NCBI GenBank assembly: GCA_028698995.1
Contig: JAQVVM010000001.1
Location: 39,200 to 103,199, forward strand
DNA from: Bacteroidales bacterium
Lineage (GTDB): Bacteria > Bacteroidota > Bacteroidia > Bacteroidales > PXBB01
DNA: 64,000 nt
Reading direction: 5' to 3'
Positions 43,001-55,000 of the stretch are shown here, piece by piece (within the stretch, counting starts at the first letter, position 1; the number at the start of each line of letters is the position of its first letter). The position numbers and the translations under genes are program-made. A model generated the notes under the pieces. It was not told where the DNA came from. It did no database searches and worked only from the letters and a program-made list of their open reading frames with translations.

Positions 43001-46000
43001 AACTATTTATGGTATTACGGTCCCTGTAGCACATGAATACAGATGCGTTGTTATGGGAGATTGTGATCCTCCTACTATTTCTTCGTCTGCATTCTTATTA
43101 GTAACTGATTATACAGCTATAAGTGTACAACCTGTTGATGAGACTGTTTGTCAGGATCTGATTGCTACATTTGAAGTAACAGCTCAAGGAACTGACTTAG
43201 CATATAAATGGCAGTACAACAACAGTGGCAGTTGGGAGGATATTCCTTCAGGAGCACCTTATACAGGCGAAACAAGTACTCTTTTGACAATTAATCCAGC
43301 AACATTAAGCCTTGACGGACAAGAATACAGAGTTGTAGTTACAGGTTTATGTACGCCTTTTGGTGATACTTCAGATGTTGTTGTACTACATGTAAACCCG
43401 GCTCCTGTAGTAGATGTTCAGGCTATAAATGACACTATTTGCCCCTTAGGCACTGCTTATTTAGGTGTAGATGCAAGTGGCACCGGTTCTTTAACATATC
43501 AATGGCAGTACAACAATGGAGGTACTTGGGAAAATGTTGCTAATGGTACACCAACAGGTGCATCTTATACTAATGCAACAAGTGATACAATAACTATTTC
43601 AGGTATTTCTGTTGTAGAAACTTATGAATACAGAATTGAAGTTTATGGTGATTGTGATCCTCCGACCTTATCCAACAGTGCTCAAGTTGTGATTTTGGAT
43701 TATACAGCAATAACCACAGAACCAATAGATGCTATTTTATGTCAAGATCTGATAGCAAATTTTGAAGTCACTGCAGAAGGAACAGCATTAAGTTATCAAT
43801 GGCAATATGAAAACGGTGGTTTATGGGTCAATGTTCCTTCTTCATCTCCTTACTCTGGAGTAACAACTTCTACTTTAAGTGTTAATCCTGCATCTCTTGG
43901 TTTGAATGGTCAAGATTACAGAGTTGTTGTTTATGGCTTATGTACGCCATATTCAGACACCTCTGTTGTTGTTGAACTTACTGTTAACCCTGCTCCTGTA
44001 GTTGATATTCAACCTGTCAATGATACCATTTGTCCATTAGGATTGGGCACCATGAGTATAACAGCAAGTGGTAGTGGTACTTTAGAATATCAATGGCAGT
44101 ATAATAACGGTGGTACTTGGGAAAATGTAATTAATGCAACGCCTGCTGGAGCAACCTATACAGGAGATGATACTGATGAATTGTCAATTAATGGCATTTC
44201 TGTTTCAGGTCCTTATGCATATAGATGTGCTGTTACCGGAGATTGTAATCCTCCAGTAAATTCAAATCAAGCGCTTTTGGTAGTATTAGATTATACAGAA
44301 ATAACAGTTCACCCGGTTAATGATACTGTTTGTCAGGATCTTCCTGCAAGCTTTGCAGTAACAGCACAAGGAACAGGTTTAGCTTACAGATGGCAGTACA
44401 ATAATGGAGGTAGCTGGGAAAATGTTCCATCAGCAGTACCTTATTCAGGAGAAACCACGACAACATTGAATCTCAGTTCAGCAAGTTTAAGTCTTGATGG
44501 TCAAGAATACAGGGTTGTAGTAACGGGATTATGTACTCCATTTGCCGACACATCAACAGTGGTTGAATTAACAGTAAAACCTGCGCCTGTTGTAAATGTA
44601 CAGGCTGTGAATGATACCATCTGTCCATTAGGAAGCGGAACTTTGGAAATTACCGCCAGCGGCAGCGGAAGTTTAGCCTATCAATGGCAGTATAATAATA
44701 GCGGCTCCTGGGTAAATGTTTCTAATGGCACACCTGCAGGAGCATCATACAGTGGTGCGCTAACGAATGGAATAACAATTAATAGTGTTTCAGTTGCAGG
44801 TACACATGAATATAAGTGTATAGTCATAGGAGATTGTGATCCTCCTACAGAATCCAATTCAGCATATCTGGTAGTGAGAGATTACACAACCATAAGTGTA
44901 CAACCAGAAAATGATACAGTATGTCAGGATTTGACAGCAACATTCGAGGTAACTGCACAAGGAACAGATTTAGCCTATAAGTGGCAATACAATAACAGTG
45001 GTACATGGTTAAATGTTCCGACAGGATCACCCTATTCCGGTGAAACAAGTTCTGTTTTAAGTGTCAATCCGGCCTTATTAAGTCTTGATGGACAGGAATA
45101 CAGGGTTGTCGTAACGGGTTTATGTACACCATTTGCAGATACTTCAGATGTTGTAGTGCTACATATAAATCCTGCGCCAGAAGTAGATGTACAGGCAGTT
45201 AATGATACCATTTGTCCGTTAGGTACCGCTTACCTTGGCATCGAAGCCAGCGGAACAGGAACTTTGACTTATCAGTGGCAGTATAACAATGGAGGTATCT
45301 GGGTGAATGTCGCCAATGGTACACCAACAGGTGCATCTTATACTAATGCAACAAGCGATACCATAACAATTTCAGGTATTTCAGTTGTAGGAACCTATGA
45401 ATATAGAATTGAAGTTTATGGTGATTGTGATCCTCCAACGCTATCCAATAGTGCTCAAGTTGTGATTTTGGATTATACGGCAATAACTATAGAACCAACA
45501 GATGCCAGTGTATGCCAGGATTTGATAGCAAATTTTGAAGTCACAGCAGAAGGAACCTCTTTAAGTTATCAATGGCAATATGAAAGTGGCGGCTTGTGGA
45601 ACAATGTGCCATCTTCATCCCCATATTCGGGAGCAACAACCTCAATACTGAGTATAGATCCTGCATCCCTTAGTTTGGACGGACAGGATTACAGAGTTGT
45701 TGTTTATGGCTTATGTACGCCATATTCAGACACCTCTGCAGTTGTTGAACTTACTGTTAACCCTGCTCCTGTAGTTGATATTCAACCTGTCAATGATACC
45801 ATTTGTCCATTAGGATTGGGCACCATGAGTATAACAGCAAGTGGTAGTGGTACTTTAGAATATCAGTGGCAGTATAGTAACAGTGGTTTGTGGGAGAATG
45901 TAGCAAATTCAACTCCAACCGGAGCAACCTATACAGGAGATGATACTGATGAGCTGACTATAAGTAGTGTTTCAGTTTCCAGTTCATATATGTACAGATG

Positions 46001-49000
46001 TATTGTTACAGGAGATTGTGATCCTCCAGTAAATTCAACACCGGCCCATCTAATTGTATTAGATTATACAGCTGTTGTGGTTCAACCGGTCAATGATACT
46101 GTTTGTCAGGATCTTCCTGCAAGCTTTGCAGTAACAGCACAAGGAACAGATTTAGCATATAGATGGCAGTACAACAATGGAGGCACATGGGCTGATGTTC
46201 CATCTTCTACACCTTATTCAGGAGAAACCACAACAACATTGAGCCTCAGTTCAGCAAGTTTAAGTCTTGATGGTCAAGAATACAGGGTTGTAGTAACGGG
46301 ATTATGTACTCCATTTGCCGACACATCAACAGTGGTTGAATTAACAGTAAAACCTGCGCCTGTTGTAAATGTACAGGCTGTGAATGATACCATCTGTCCA
46401 TTAGGAAGCGGAACTTTGGAAATTACCGCCAGCGGCAGCGGAAGTTTAGCCTATCAATGGCAGTATAATAATAGCGGCTCCTGGGTAAATGTTTCTAATG
46501 GCACACCTGCAGGAGCATCATACAGTGGTGCGCTAACGAATGGAATAACAATTAATAGTGTTTCAGTTGCAGGTACACATGAATATAAGTGTATAGTCAT
46601 AGGAGATTGTGATCCTCCTACAGAATCCAATTCAGCATATCTGGTAGTGAGAGATTACACAACCATAAGTGTACAACCAGAAAATGATACAGTATGTCAG
46701 GATTTGACAGCAACATTCGAGGTAACTGCACAAGGAACAGATTTAGCCTATAAGTGGCAATACAATAACAGTGGTACATGGTTAAATGTTCCGACAGGAT
46801 CACCCTATTCCGGTGAAACAAGTTCTGTTTTAAGTGTCAATCCGGCCTTATTAAGTCTTGATGGACAGGAATACAGGGTTGTCGTAACGGGTTTATGTAC
46901 ACCATTTGCAGATACTTCAGATGTTGTAGTGCTACATATAAATCCTGCGCCAGAAGTAGATGTACAGGCAGTTAATGATACCATTTGTCCGTTAGGTACC
47001 GCTTACCTTGGCATCGAAGCCAGCGGAACAGGAACTTTGACTTATCAGTGGCAGTATAACAATGGAGGTATCTGGGTGAATGTCGCCAATGGTACACCAA
47101 CAGGTGCATCTTATACTAATGCAACAAGCGATACCATAACAATTTCAGGTATTTCAGTTGTAGGAACCTATGAATATAGAATTGAAGTTTATGGTGATTG
47201 TGATCCTCCAACGCTATCCAATAGTGCTCAAGTTGTGATTTTGGATTATACGGCAATAACTATAGAACCAACAGATGCCAGTGTATGCCAGGATTTGATA
47301 GCAAATTTTGAAGTCACAGCAGAAGGAACCTCTTTAAGTTATCAATGGCAATATGAAAGTGGCGGCTTGTGGAACAATGTGCCATCTTCATCCCCATATT
47401 CGGGAGCAACAACCTCAATACTGAGTATAGATCCTGCATCCCTTAGTTTGGACGGACAGGATTACAGAGTTGTTGTTTATGGCTTATGTACGCCATATTC
47501 AGACACCTCTGCAGTTGTTGAACTTACTGTTAACCCTGCTCCTGTAGTTGATATTCAACCTGTCAATGATACCATTTGTCCATTAGGATTGGGCACCATG
47601 AGTATAACAGCAAGTGGTAGTGGTACTTTAGAATATCAGTGGCAGTATAGTAACAGTGGTTTGTGGGAGAATGTAGCAAATTCAACTCCAACCGGAGCAA
47701 CCTATACAGGAGATGATACTGATGAGCTGACTATAAGTAGTGTTTCAGTTTCCAGTTCATATATGTACAGATGTATTGTTACAGGAGATTGTGATCCTCC
47801 AGTAAATTCAACACCGGCCCATCTAATTGTATTAGATTATACAGCTGTTGTGGTTCAACCGGTCAATGATACTGTTTGTCAGGATCTTCCTGCAAGCTTT
47901 GCAGTAACAGCACAAGGAACAGATTTAGCATATAGATGGCAGTACAACAATGGAGGCACATGGGCTGATGTTCCATCTTCTACACCTTATTCAGGAGAAA
48001 CCACAACAACATTGAGCCTCAGTTCAGCAAGTTTAAGCCTTGATGGTCAAGAGTACAGAGTTGTTGTTACAGGTTTGTGCACACCTTTTGCCGATACTTC
48101 TTCTGTGGTTGAATTAATTGTAAAACCCGCTCCAATTGTTACAGTTCAGTCTGCAAATGATACTATTTGTCCATTGGGAACTGGAAATCTTAATATTTCA
48201 GCCAGTGGTAGCGGTAGTTTAACCTATCAATGGCAGTATAATAATAGCGGCTCCTGGGTAAATGTTTCTAATGGTACACCTTCAGGTGCATCATACAGTG
48301 GTGGTCTAACTGATGAACTAACAATAAGTAGTGTATCTGTTGTTGGCTCACACGAGTATAAATGTATTGTATTTGGAGATTGCGATCCTCCATCTGAGTC
48401 CAATTCAGCATATCTTGTAGTAAAGGATTACACTTCAATAATTGTTCAGCCAGTTAATGATACGGTATGCCAAGATTTAGTCGCCACTTTTGAAGTAACT
48501 GCGCAGGGAACAGATTTAGCATATAAGTGGCAGTATAATAACAGTGGCACTTGGGAAGATGTTCCTACAGGAATACCCTATTCCGGAGAAACAAGCAGTG
48601 TTTTGATTATTGATCCGGCTTCTATAAGTCTTGATGGTCAAGAGTATAGGGTTGTTGTAACCGGTTTCTGTACACCATTTGCCGACACATCAGATGTTGT
48701 GGTATTATACATAAATCCTGCACCATCAATTGATGTTCAAGCTATAAATGATACTATCTGTCCGTTAGGCACTGGAGCTTTTGGAATAGAAGCCGGCGGT
48801 ACTGGTACCTTAACATATCAATGGCAGTACAACAATGGGGGCACATGGAATAATGTAATTGATGGCTCTCCATTAGGTGCGATATATACAAATGCCGATA
48901 ATGATACTGTTTCTATAAGTGGTATTTCGGTAGTAGGCACTCATGAATACAGATGTGAAGTAAGTGGTGACTGTGATCCTCCTTCATTATCATCTGTCGT

Positions 49001-52000
49001 TAGTCTTTATGTAATGAATTATACTTCTGTCTCTGTTCAACCAATTAATGATACAGTATGTCAGGGTCTTCAGGCAAACTTCGAAGTTACTGCATTAGGT
49101 ACTAATTTGACTTATAAATGGCAATATAAGAATGGAGTTTCATGGGAAAATGTACCATCCGGTGCACCATATACAGGAGAAACTACATCAATACTAACAA
49201 TTTATCCTACGACTCTCCTCATGAATGAACAAGAATACAGAGTTGTAGTAACAGGAACTTGTACACCTTTCGGAGATACATCTGATGTTGCTGTTTTATA
49301 TATTAATCCTGCTCCGGTTGTTACTATTCAGCCTTTAAATGACACTATTTGTCCTTTAGGAAATGGTTTGATTGGTATTGTTGCAAGTGGTAGTGGTACA
49401 TTAAATTATCAATGGCAATTTAATAACAGCAGTGTTTGGGAGGACGTAGTAAATGATGCTCCGTTAGGCGCTTCCTATACAGGTGCAAATGATGACACAT
49501 TAAATATAAGTGGTGTATCCGTAAGTGGAGCACATCAATATCGTGTTATAGTTACAGGTGATTGCGACCCAAGTGTAACATCTGAAATAGCATCTTTGGT
49601 TGTACTACCTTCAACTGATATTACAGTTCAACCGGAAGATCAGGCTGTATGCCAAGATTTACAAGCTGATTTTGTAGTTTTTGCCGTAGGATCATCACTT
49701 ACTTATCAATGGCAGATTGATACTACAGGTGTTTGGGAAAATCTGTCTGATAATAGCCCTTTCACAGGTGTAAATACAAGTACATTATCTGTAAGTCCTG
49801 CTTTCCTATTCTTGGATAATAGCAATTATAGGGTTATCGTTTATGGCAATTGCTTACCAGATTCAGTTGTGTCTGATATAGTTCAGTTAAATATAAATAA
49901 CCCACCCTACTTTATTATCAATCCTGCAAATGATACAATTTGTGCCGGTGGTTCGGGTGATTTCAATGTGTTAGCATCCGGATATGGCACCATAGGCTAT
50001 CAATGGCAATATAATAATGGTGGGGTGTGGGAAGATGTTTCTGATGGATCTCCAATAGGATCAATCTATACCGGTCAAAATAGTTCAAATCTTAATGTAA
50101 GTGGCGTTTCTGCAAGTGGTTTGTATGAATATATTGCTATTGCATCGGGTACTTGTGAGCCTCCAGCTGTTTCAAGTTCTGCTTTTCTTTATGTAGAACC
50201 GGCTTTGGCCATAACATCTCAACCGCTGGATCAGAATGTTTGCGAAGGCTCTTCAGCTGACTTTGTTACAGTTGCTGTTGGTGGTGGTGTAACATACCAA
50301 TGGCAGTTTTATGATGGTGTTGACTTCGTTAATCTATTAGATACAGGCAACTATTCAAATGTTACAACTAATAATATGACTATCAGTGCTGTTAACATGT
50401 CAATGGATGATTTTATTTACAGAGTTGTTATTGGTGATAGTTGTACTGTGGGAAATATCCCATCTGATCCATGTACATTAAATGTACTTTCTGATCCGTT
50501 TATTGTTACACATCCTTCTGATAGTTCTGTTTGTGAAAATAGCAATGTGGCATTCGGAATTGTTGCTAATGGATATGGTGTGTTAACTTATCAATGGCAG
50601 GTCAGTGATGATCAGGGTGTTAACTGGACAAATTTAACAAATACAGGATTTTACTCTACTGTAACAAATGATACATTAATTATTACAGGTGCTGATGTTA
50701 CTTTACAGGCAAATTGGTATAGGTGCGTTGTTAATGGCAACTGCTCACCACCGGAAGCTTATTCTAATCATGCTGTATTAACTATTTTAACTTCGCCGGT
50801 AATCACACAAGACCCTATAGAAAGTGAAGTTTGTGAAGGCACAACTGCAATGTTTAATGTTATTGCAACAGGATTTGGATTGCAGTATCAATGGCAGATT
50901 AAACCAACATCAACTGGTATATGGGTCAATCTTAATGACGTTCCTCCTTATACAGGTAGTTCCAACGATGTTCTTAATATTTCACCGGTTACTGCTTTAA
51001 TGCACAACGACTCATTTAGAGTTGTAATTGGAGGTACGTGCTCTGCATTACCAACAATTTCTGAAGCAGCAGCATTAAAAATTCTTCTCGCTCCATTTAT
51101 AATTTCAGATCCAACAGATACTGTCGTATGCGATAATGGAAATGCAACTTTCACTACTGAAGCCGGTGGATATGGTAATCTTATTTATCAATGGGAAGTA
51201 TGTACTGACGGTTTTGGAAATTCATGGCTTGAAGTTCAGGATGGAGGTGTTTATTCAGGAGCTTCGACTGATGAACTTTTGCTTACGGGTGTGAGTACTT
51301 CAATGAGTAATTATTGGTACAGGTGTAAAATAACCGGAGATTGTTCTCCTCCCGATGCATACTCTGAAAAAGCAATTTTATGGGTGAATTCAGGACCACA
51401 GGTTATAACACAACCTGTCGATACAGCATTTGTTTGTGAAGATGATAACTTAATTCTTGGTATAGAGGCTAGTGGTGGTTTCCTATCATACCAATGGCAG
51501 GTAAACACCGGAAGTTCATGGGAAAACATAACATTATCTCTTGGAGGTAATCATCCTGTTTACAATAATTTCGACAATGATACTCTCGAAGCAACTAATG
51601 TTAGTATTGCTCATAATAACTATAAATACAGATGTATTGTAAACAGTATCTGCCAACCCTATGTTGCCCAATCTGATGTGGCAGTACTTTCAGTTATGTT
51701 AAAACCTTATATTATTACTCAACCTCATGATACAACAAGCTGTGAAGGCTTAGATGCAGGATTTTCAATAGTAGTAGGAGGTCAGGGTATTAACTATTAC
51801 AAATGGTTTGAAAGTGATGATTCGGGCTTTAGCTGGACCAGTCTAAATGATGTTCCCGGATCATATTCCGGAACAAATACAAATTCTCTTACTGTTGAGA
51901 ATGTAAATTCCAGTATGCACGAATATATGTACAGGGTAGAAATTGGAGGTCAATGTCCTCCAAACATCTTCTCTGCATATGCAGTTTTATATATTGGAAG

Positions 52001-55000
52001 CCCTCCAAGTGTATTACTGCATCCTACAACAATTGATACTGTTTGTGCCGGTGTTACACCAGCTGTGTTTAGTGCGCTTGGTACGGGTTATGGTACTATA
52101 ACCTATCAGTGGCAACAGTTGTTAGATGATACAGGAGCTGTATGGACAAATTTAATTGATACATTATCTTATACTGGATCAACAACGAGTCAATTAACAA
52201 TTAATCCTGTTGAGGTTGAGCTTGATGGTTCTGCTTACAGAGCTGTAATTTCCGGTTCTTGTGACCCTGCTGATACTACAGATGCAGCTTATATCTTTGT
52301 AAAATCAGAACTTATCGTTTCATTAACCAATCCATCTCCTTACGAATACCTTGCTTCAAATGGTAATTATACATTCTCATGGGTAACTTTGGGTGATGAT
52401 CCTGTTGTTTGTGATTTAACGGTTGAGGGTTCCACAACTTATAATGTGCCTGCCGATTCTTCAGGTTATTATAACAGACCCGGTACAACAGGCAGTTCCC
52501 TCCCAACAGCTAATTTTTATCAATGGTCGGTTGAAGGCACAAATCAATGCGGATATGATAATGTCACGTTCCAATATTACAGAAAAAAGGAAATTTCTCC
52601 TATTGATAATTATATTGTTGAACCTATTTTCAATCTTCCAAATGCAAACTCTGTTTTCTATTATTACCTGACAATGGAAAAGGATGTTACCTATTATTTC
52701 AGAACTGATGGGCAATTTAATTCATATGGAAATAGAAATATTGAAGTGTTGAATTCTGCAGGTACTGTTGTTGCAGGGCCAAGTACTTTTGTTTCCTATG
52801 TATGTGATGCAAATGGTATTTATTATGTAAAAGTTTCTGCTGGTTCAGGTAGTGGAGGTATATTTAGCTTAGCTCATAGGTATTTCTTTAGTTGTGACAA
52901 TATATTTGTAACGGGTGATACCACTATATTAAGTAATTCACTTATGGGTGGTGTTTATACCTGTACAGGAGACTTTATAGTGCCTCCTGGTGTTGTTATT
53001 ACTGTACGTCAGGCTTGTAGAGAACTTGTAGTACATGCAAGAAATATTAGAATTCAGGGAGATATTGTTGCAAATGGTTCAGGTGATTATTATTCGGGTG
53101 GAGGTTACGGTGGTACATGTTCAAGAGGCGGATGGTATGATCCATATCAAGGTTGGTTGATTTACGGGGATTCCGGTTTAACATGTGTTGGATTAGACTA
53201 TTGTGATAAGAACTCGAGTACAGGAATCAGAACTTATGGTGGAGAGGGCGGATATGTTCCCTATGAAAATTGGCCAAATTCAGCCGGAAGACCCGGAGCT
53301 GATGGAGGAAGTGGTTTTGGAAGTGACCAATTCTGTAATACTTTTGGCGATGAAGCCGGAGCTGTAGGTGGTGCCGGTGGCGGCGGTGGCGGCGGCGGAG
53401 GCGGCTATGGGGGTTCCGGTGGAACCGGTGGAAACGGTGGAAACGGTGGCAATGCAAATACCAACGAAGCTACTCCCGGTAATCCTCTTTTCAGAGGATT
53501 GGGCGGATCCGGTGGCACTGGTGGTTTGTCTCATGGTTATGCAACATTACCCGACAGTATTAGATGGGGTGCCGGTGGAGCCGGTGCCGGTGGTGGTGGT
53601 AAAGGTATGGGTATTTCTGGTGGTTCTTATTTTAATTATGGTGGATCTGGTGGTGGTTCAGTAAAACTTTATGCAACTTTTGACGTGAATATTCCTGGCA
53701 ATATTACAGCAAATGGAATGTCCGGATATGCCGGCGGAGCCGGTGGTACCGGTGGTAGGGGAGACAGATGTTGCTCTGATATGTCATCAGGATGTGATGA
53801 ATATACCTACGTCGGAAGTGGCGGTGGAGGCGGTGGTGCCGGTGGTGGATCAGGCGGCGGTGTTTTGGTATCAGCTAATGGCATCATGGAATTCACTGGA
53901 AGTATAAGTGCAAACGGAGGCGATGGTGGTCTTGGAGGAACAACAAGTGGTTCTGTATCATGCGATGGATATTATGGTTACACAGGTTCAAATGGTTCAA
54001 GAGGTGGTGGCGGTGGCGGTGGCCGTATTATTATTCAAAGAAACCCTTGCTTTATTAATAATATCAATCCTTCATCTTTAAGTGTAAACGGAGGAACCGG
54101 AGGTAGCAACGGCGGTACTGGAACTATAGAACATGTTAATTCAGGTTCCATTGATAATTATTGGATTGGTGTTATTGACAGTAACTGGTTTAACTTAGGA
54201 AACTGGAGTTGTAATATGCTGCCTGATATTGCTACTGATGTGGTCATAAATGATTCAGCAACCATTAATGGTGTGTGGTCTAAAGTGCCAAATATGCCGG
54301 TTATTCATATAACACCTACTTCACTTCTTAATGCTTATACCAAGTCACTTGATATTAGGTTAAATGCATCGGTGAAATTTAAACCTGATATTTCAAACCC
54401 CAAAACTTTGATAATTGGGCAAGATCTCAGAGCTGTTGGGCCTTTGTATTTCACAGGCAGTGATGATGTTGATATTATATTAACAGGTGCCAATGCATCA
54501 ATAATTGTGACTAATAATAGTATTAAAAATACACGAATTAAAATTGATAATGGAGCTTCCTATAAAACATACGGAACATTCCCTGTGTATAAACTTAATA
54601 TTTTGGGCAATTTAACAGTAAATAACTTTGACACTGTGTACACATATAAGTTGTTTATTGACGAAAATGTTGGACAATTTAATCTTGAAGCTTTTGCATG
54701 GGTTGGATTTGCAGGTGCTGATGATGCTAACCATTTTAATATTGAACTTGATACATTTAATACTAGATTCAATGTGTCAGATGGAGGTGTTATTTTTAAT
54801 AATGGCGATACGATGTGGAATGGAATTTATAACTCTGAATTCGAGTCACAGAGAATACGTTCGTTTAATTACAGATGGGTATTAGCAAATGCAGGAAATA
54901 CTGGAAGCTCTAAAGTTTTAACTATAGGCTCTGCTATACCCAATAAACCTGTTTATGTTCAAAGATTGGAATTGCTGAATACCAGTTATAATGGTGTTAT

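Noticed and set aside
44845-46821. Two identical 67-aa minus-strand ORFs (44845..45048 and 46618..46821), which could suggest a duplicated small gene or an IS end
   Set aside because: They are antisense by-products of the apparently perfect 1,773-bp coding duplication. There are no transposase, terminal inverted repeats or target-site duplications.
38640-52300. A regularly spaced repeat array that superficially resembles a CRISPR or satellite array
   Set aside because: The period is ~290-300 bp (and 1,773 bp), and the units are diverged at the nucleotide level and in frame within one ORF. There is no short direct repeat plus unique spacer organisation and there are no cas genes.
53227-53907. 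ORFs 53227..53457(-), 53280..53534(-), 53368..53664(+) and 53713..53907(+), with HRFHRF-, AAATAATG- or VPVAAV-type products
   Set aside because: They are frame or strand shadows of the (GGN)n glycine-rich coding tract, and their sequences are purely low-complexity.
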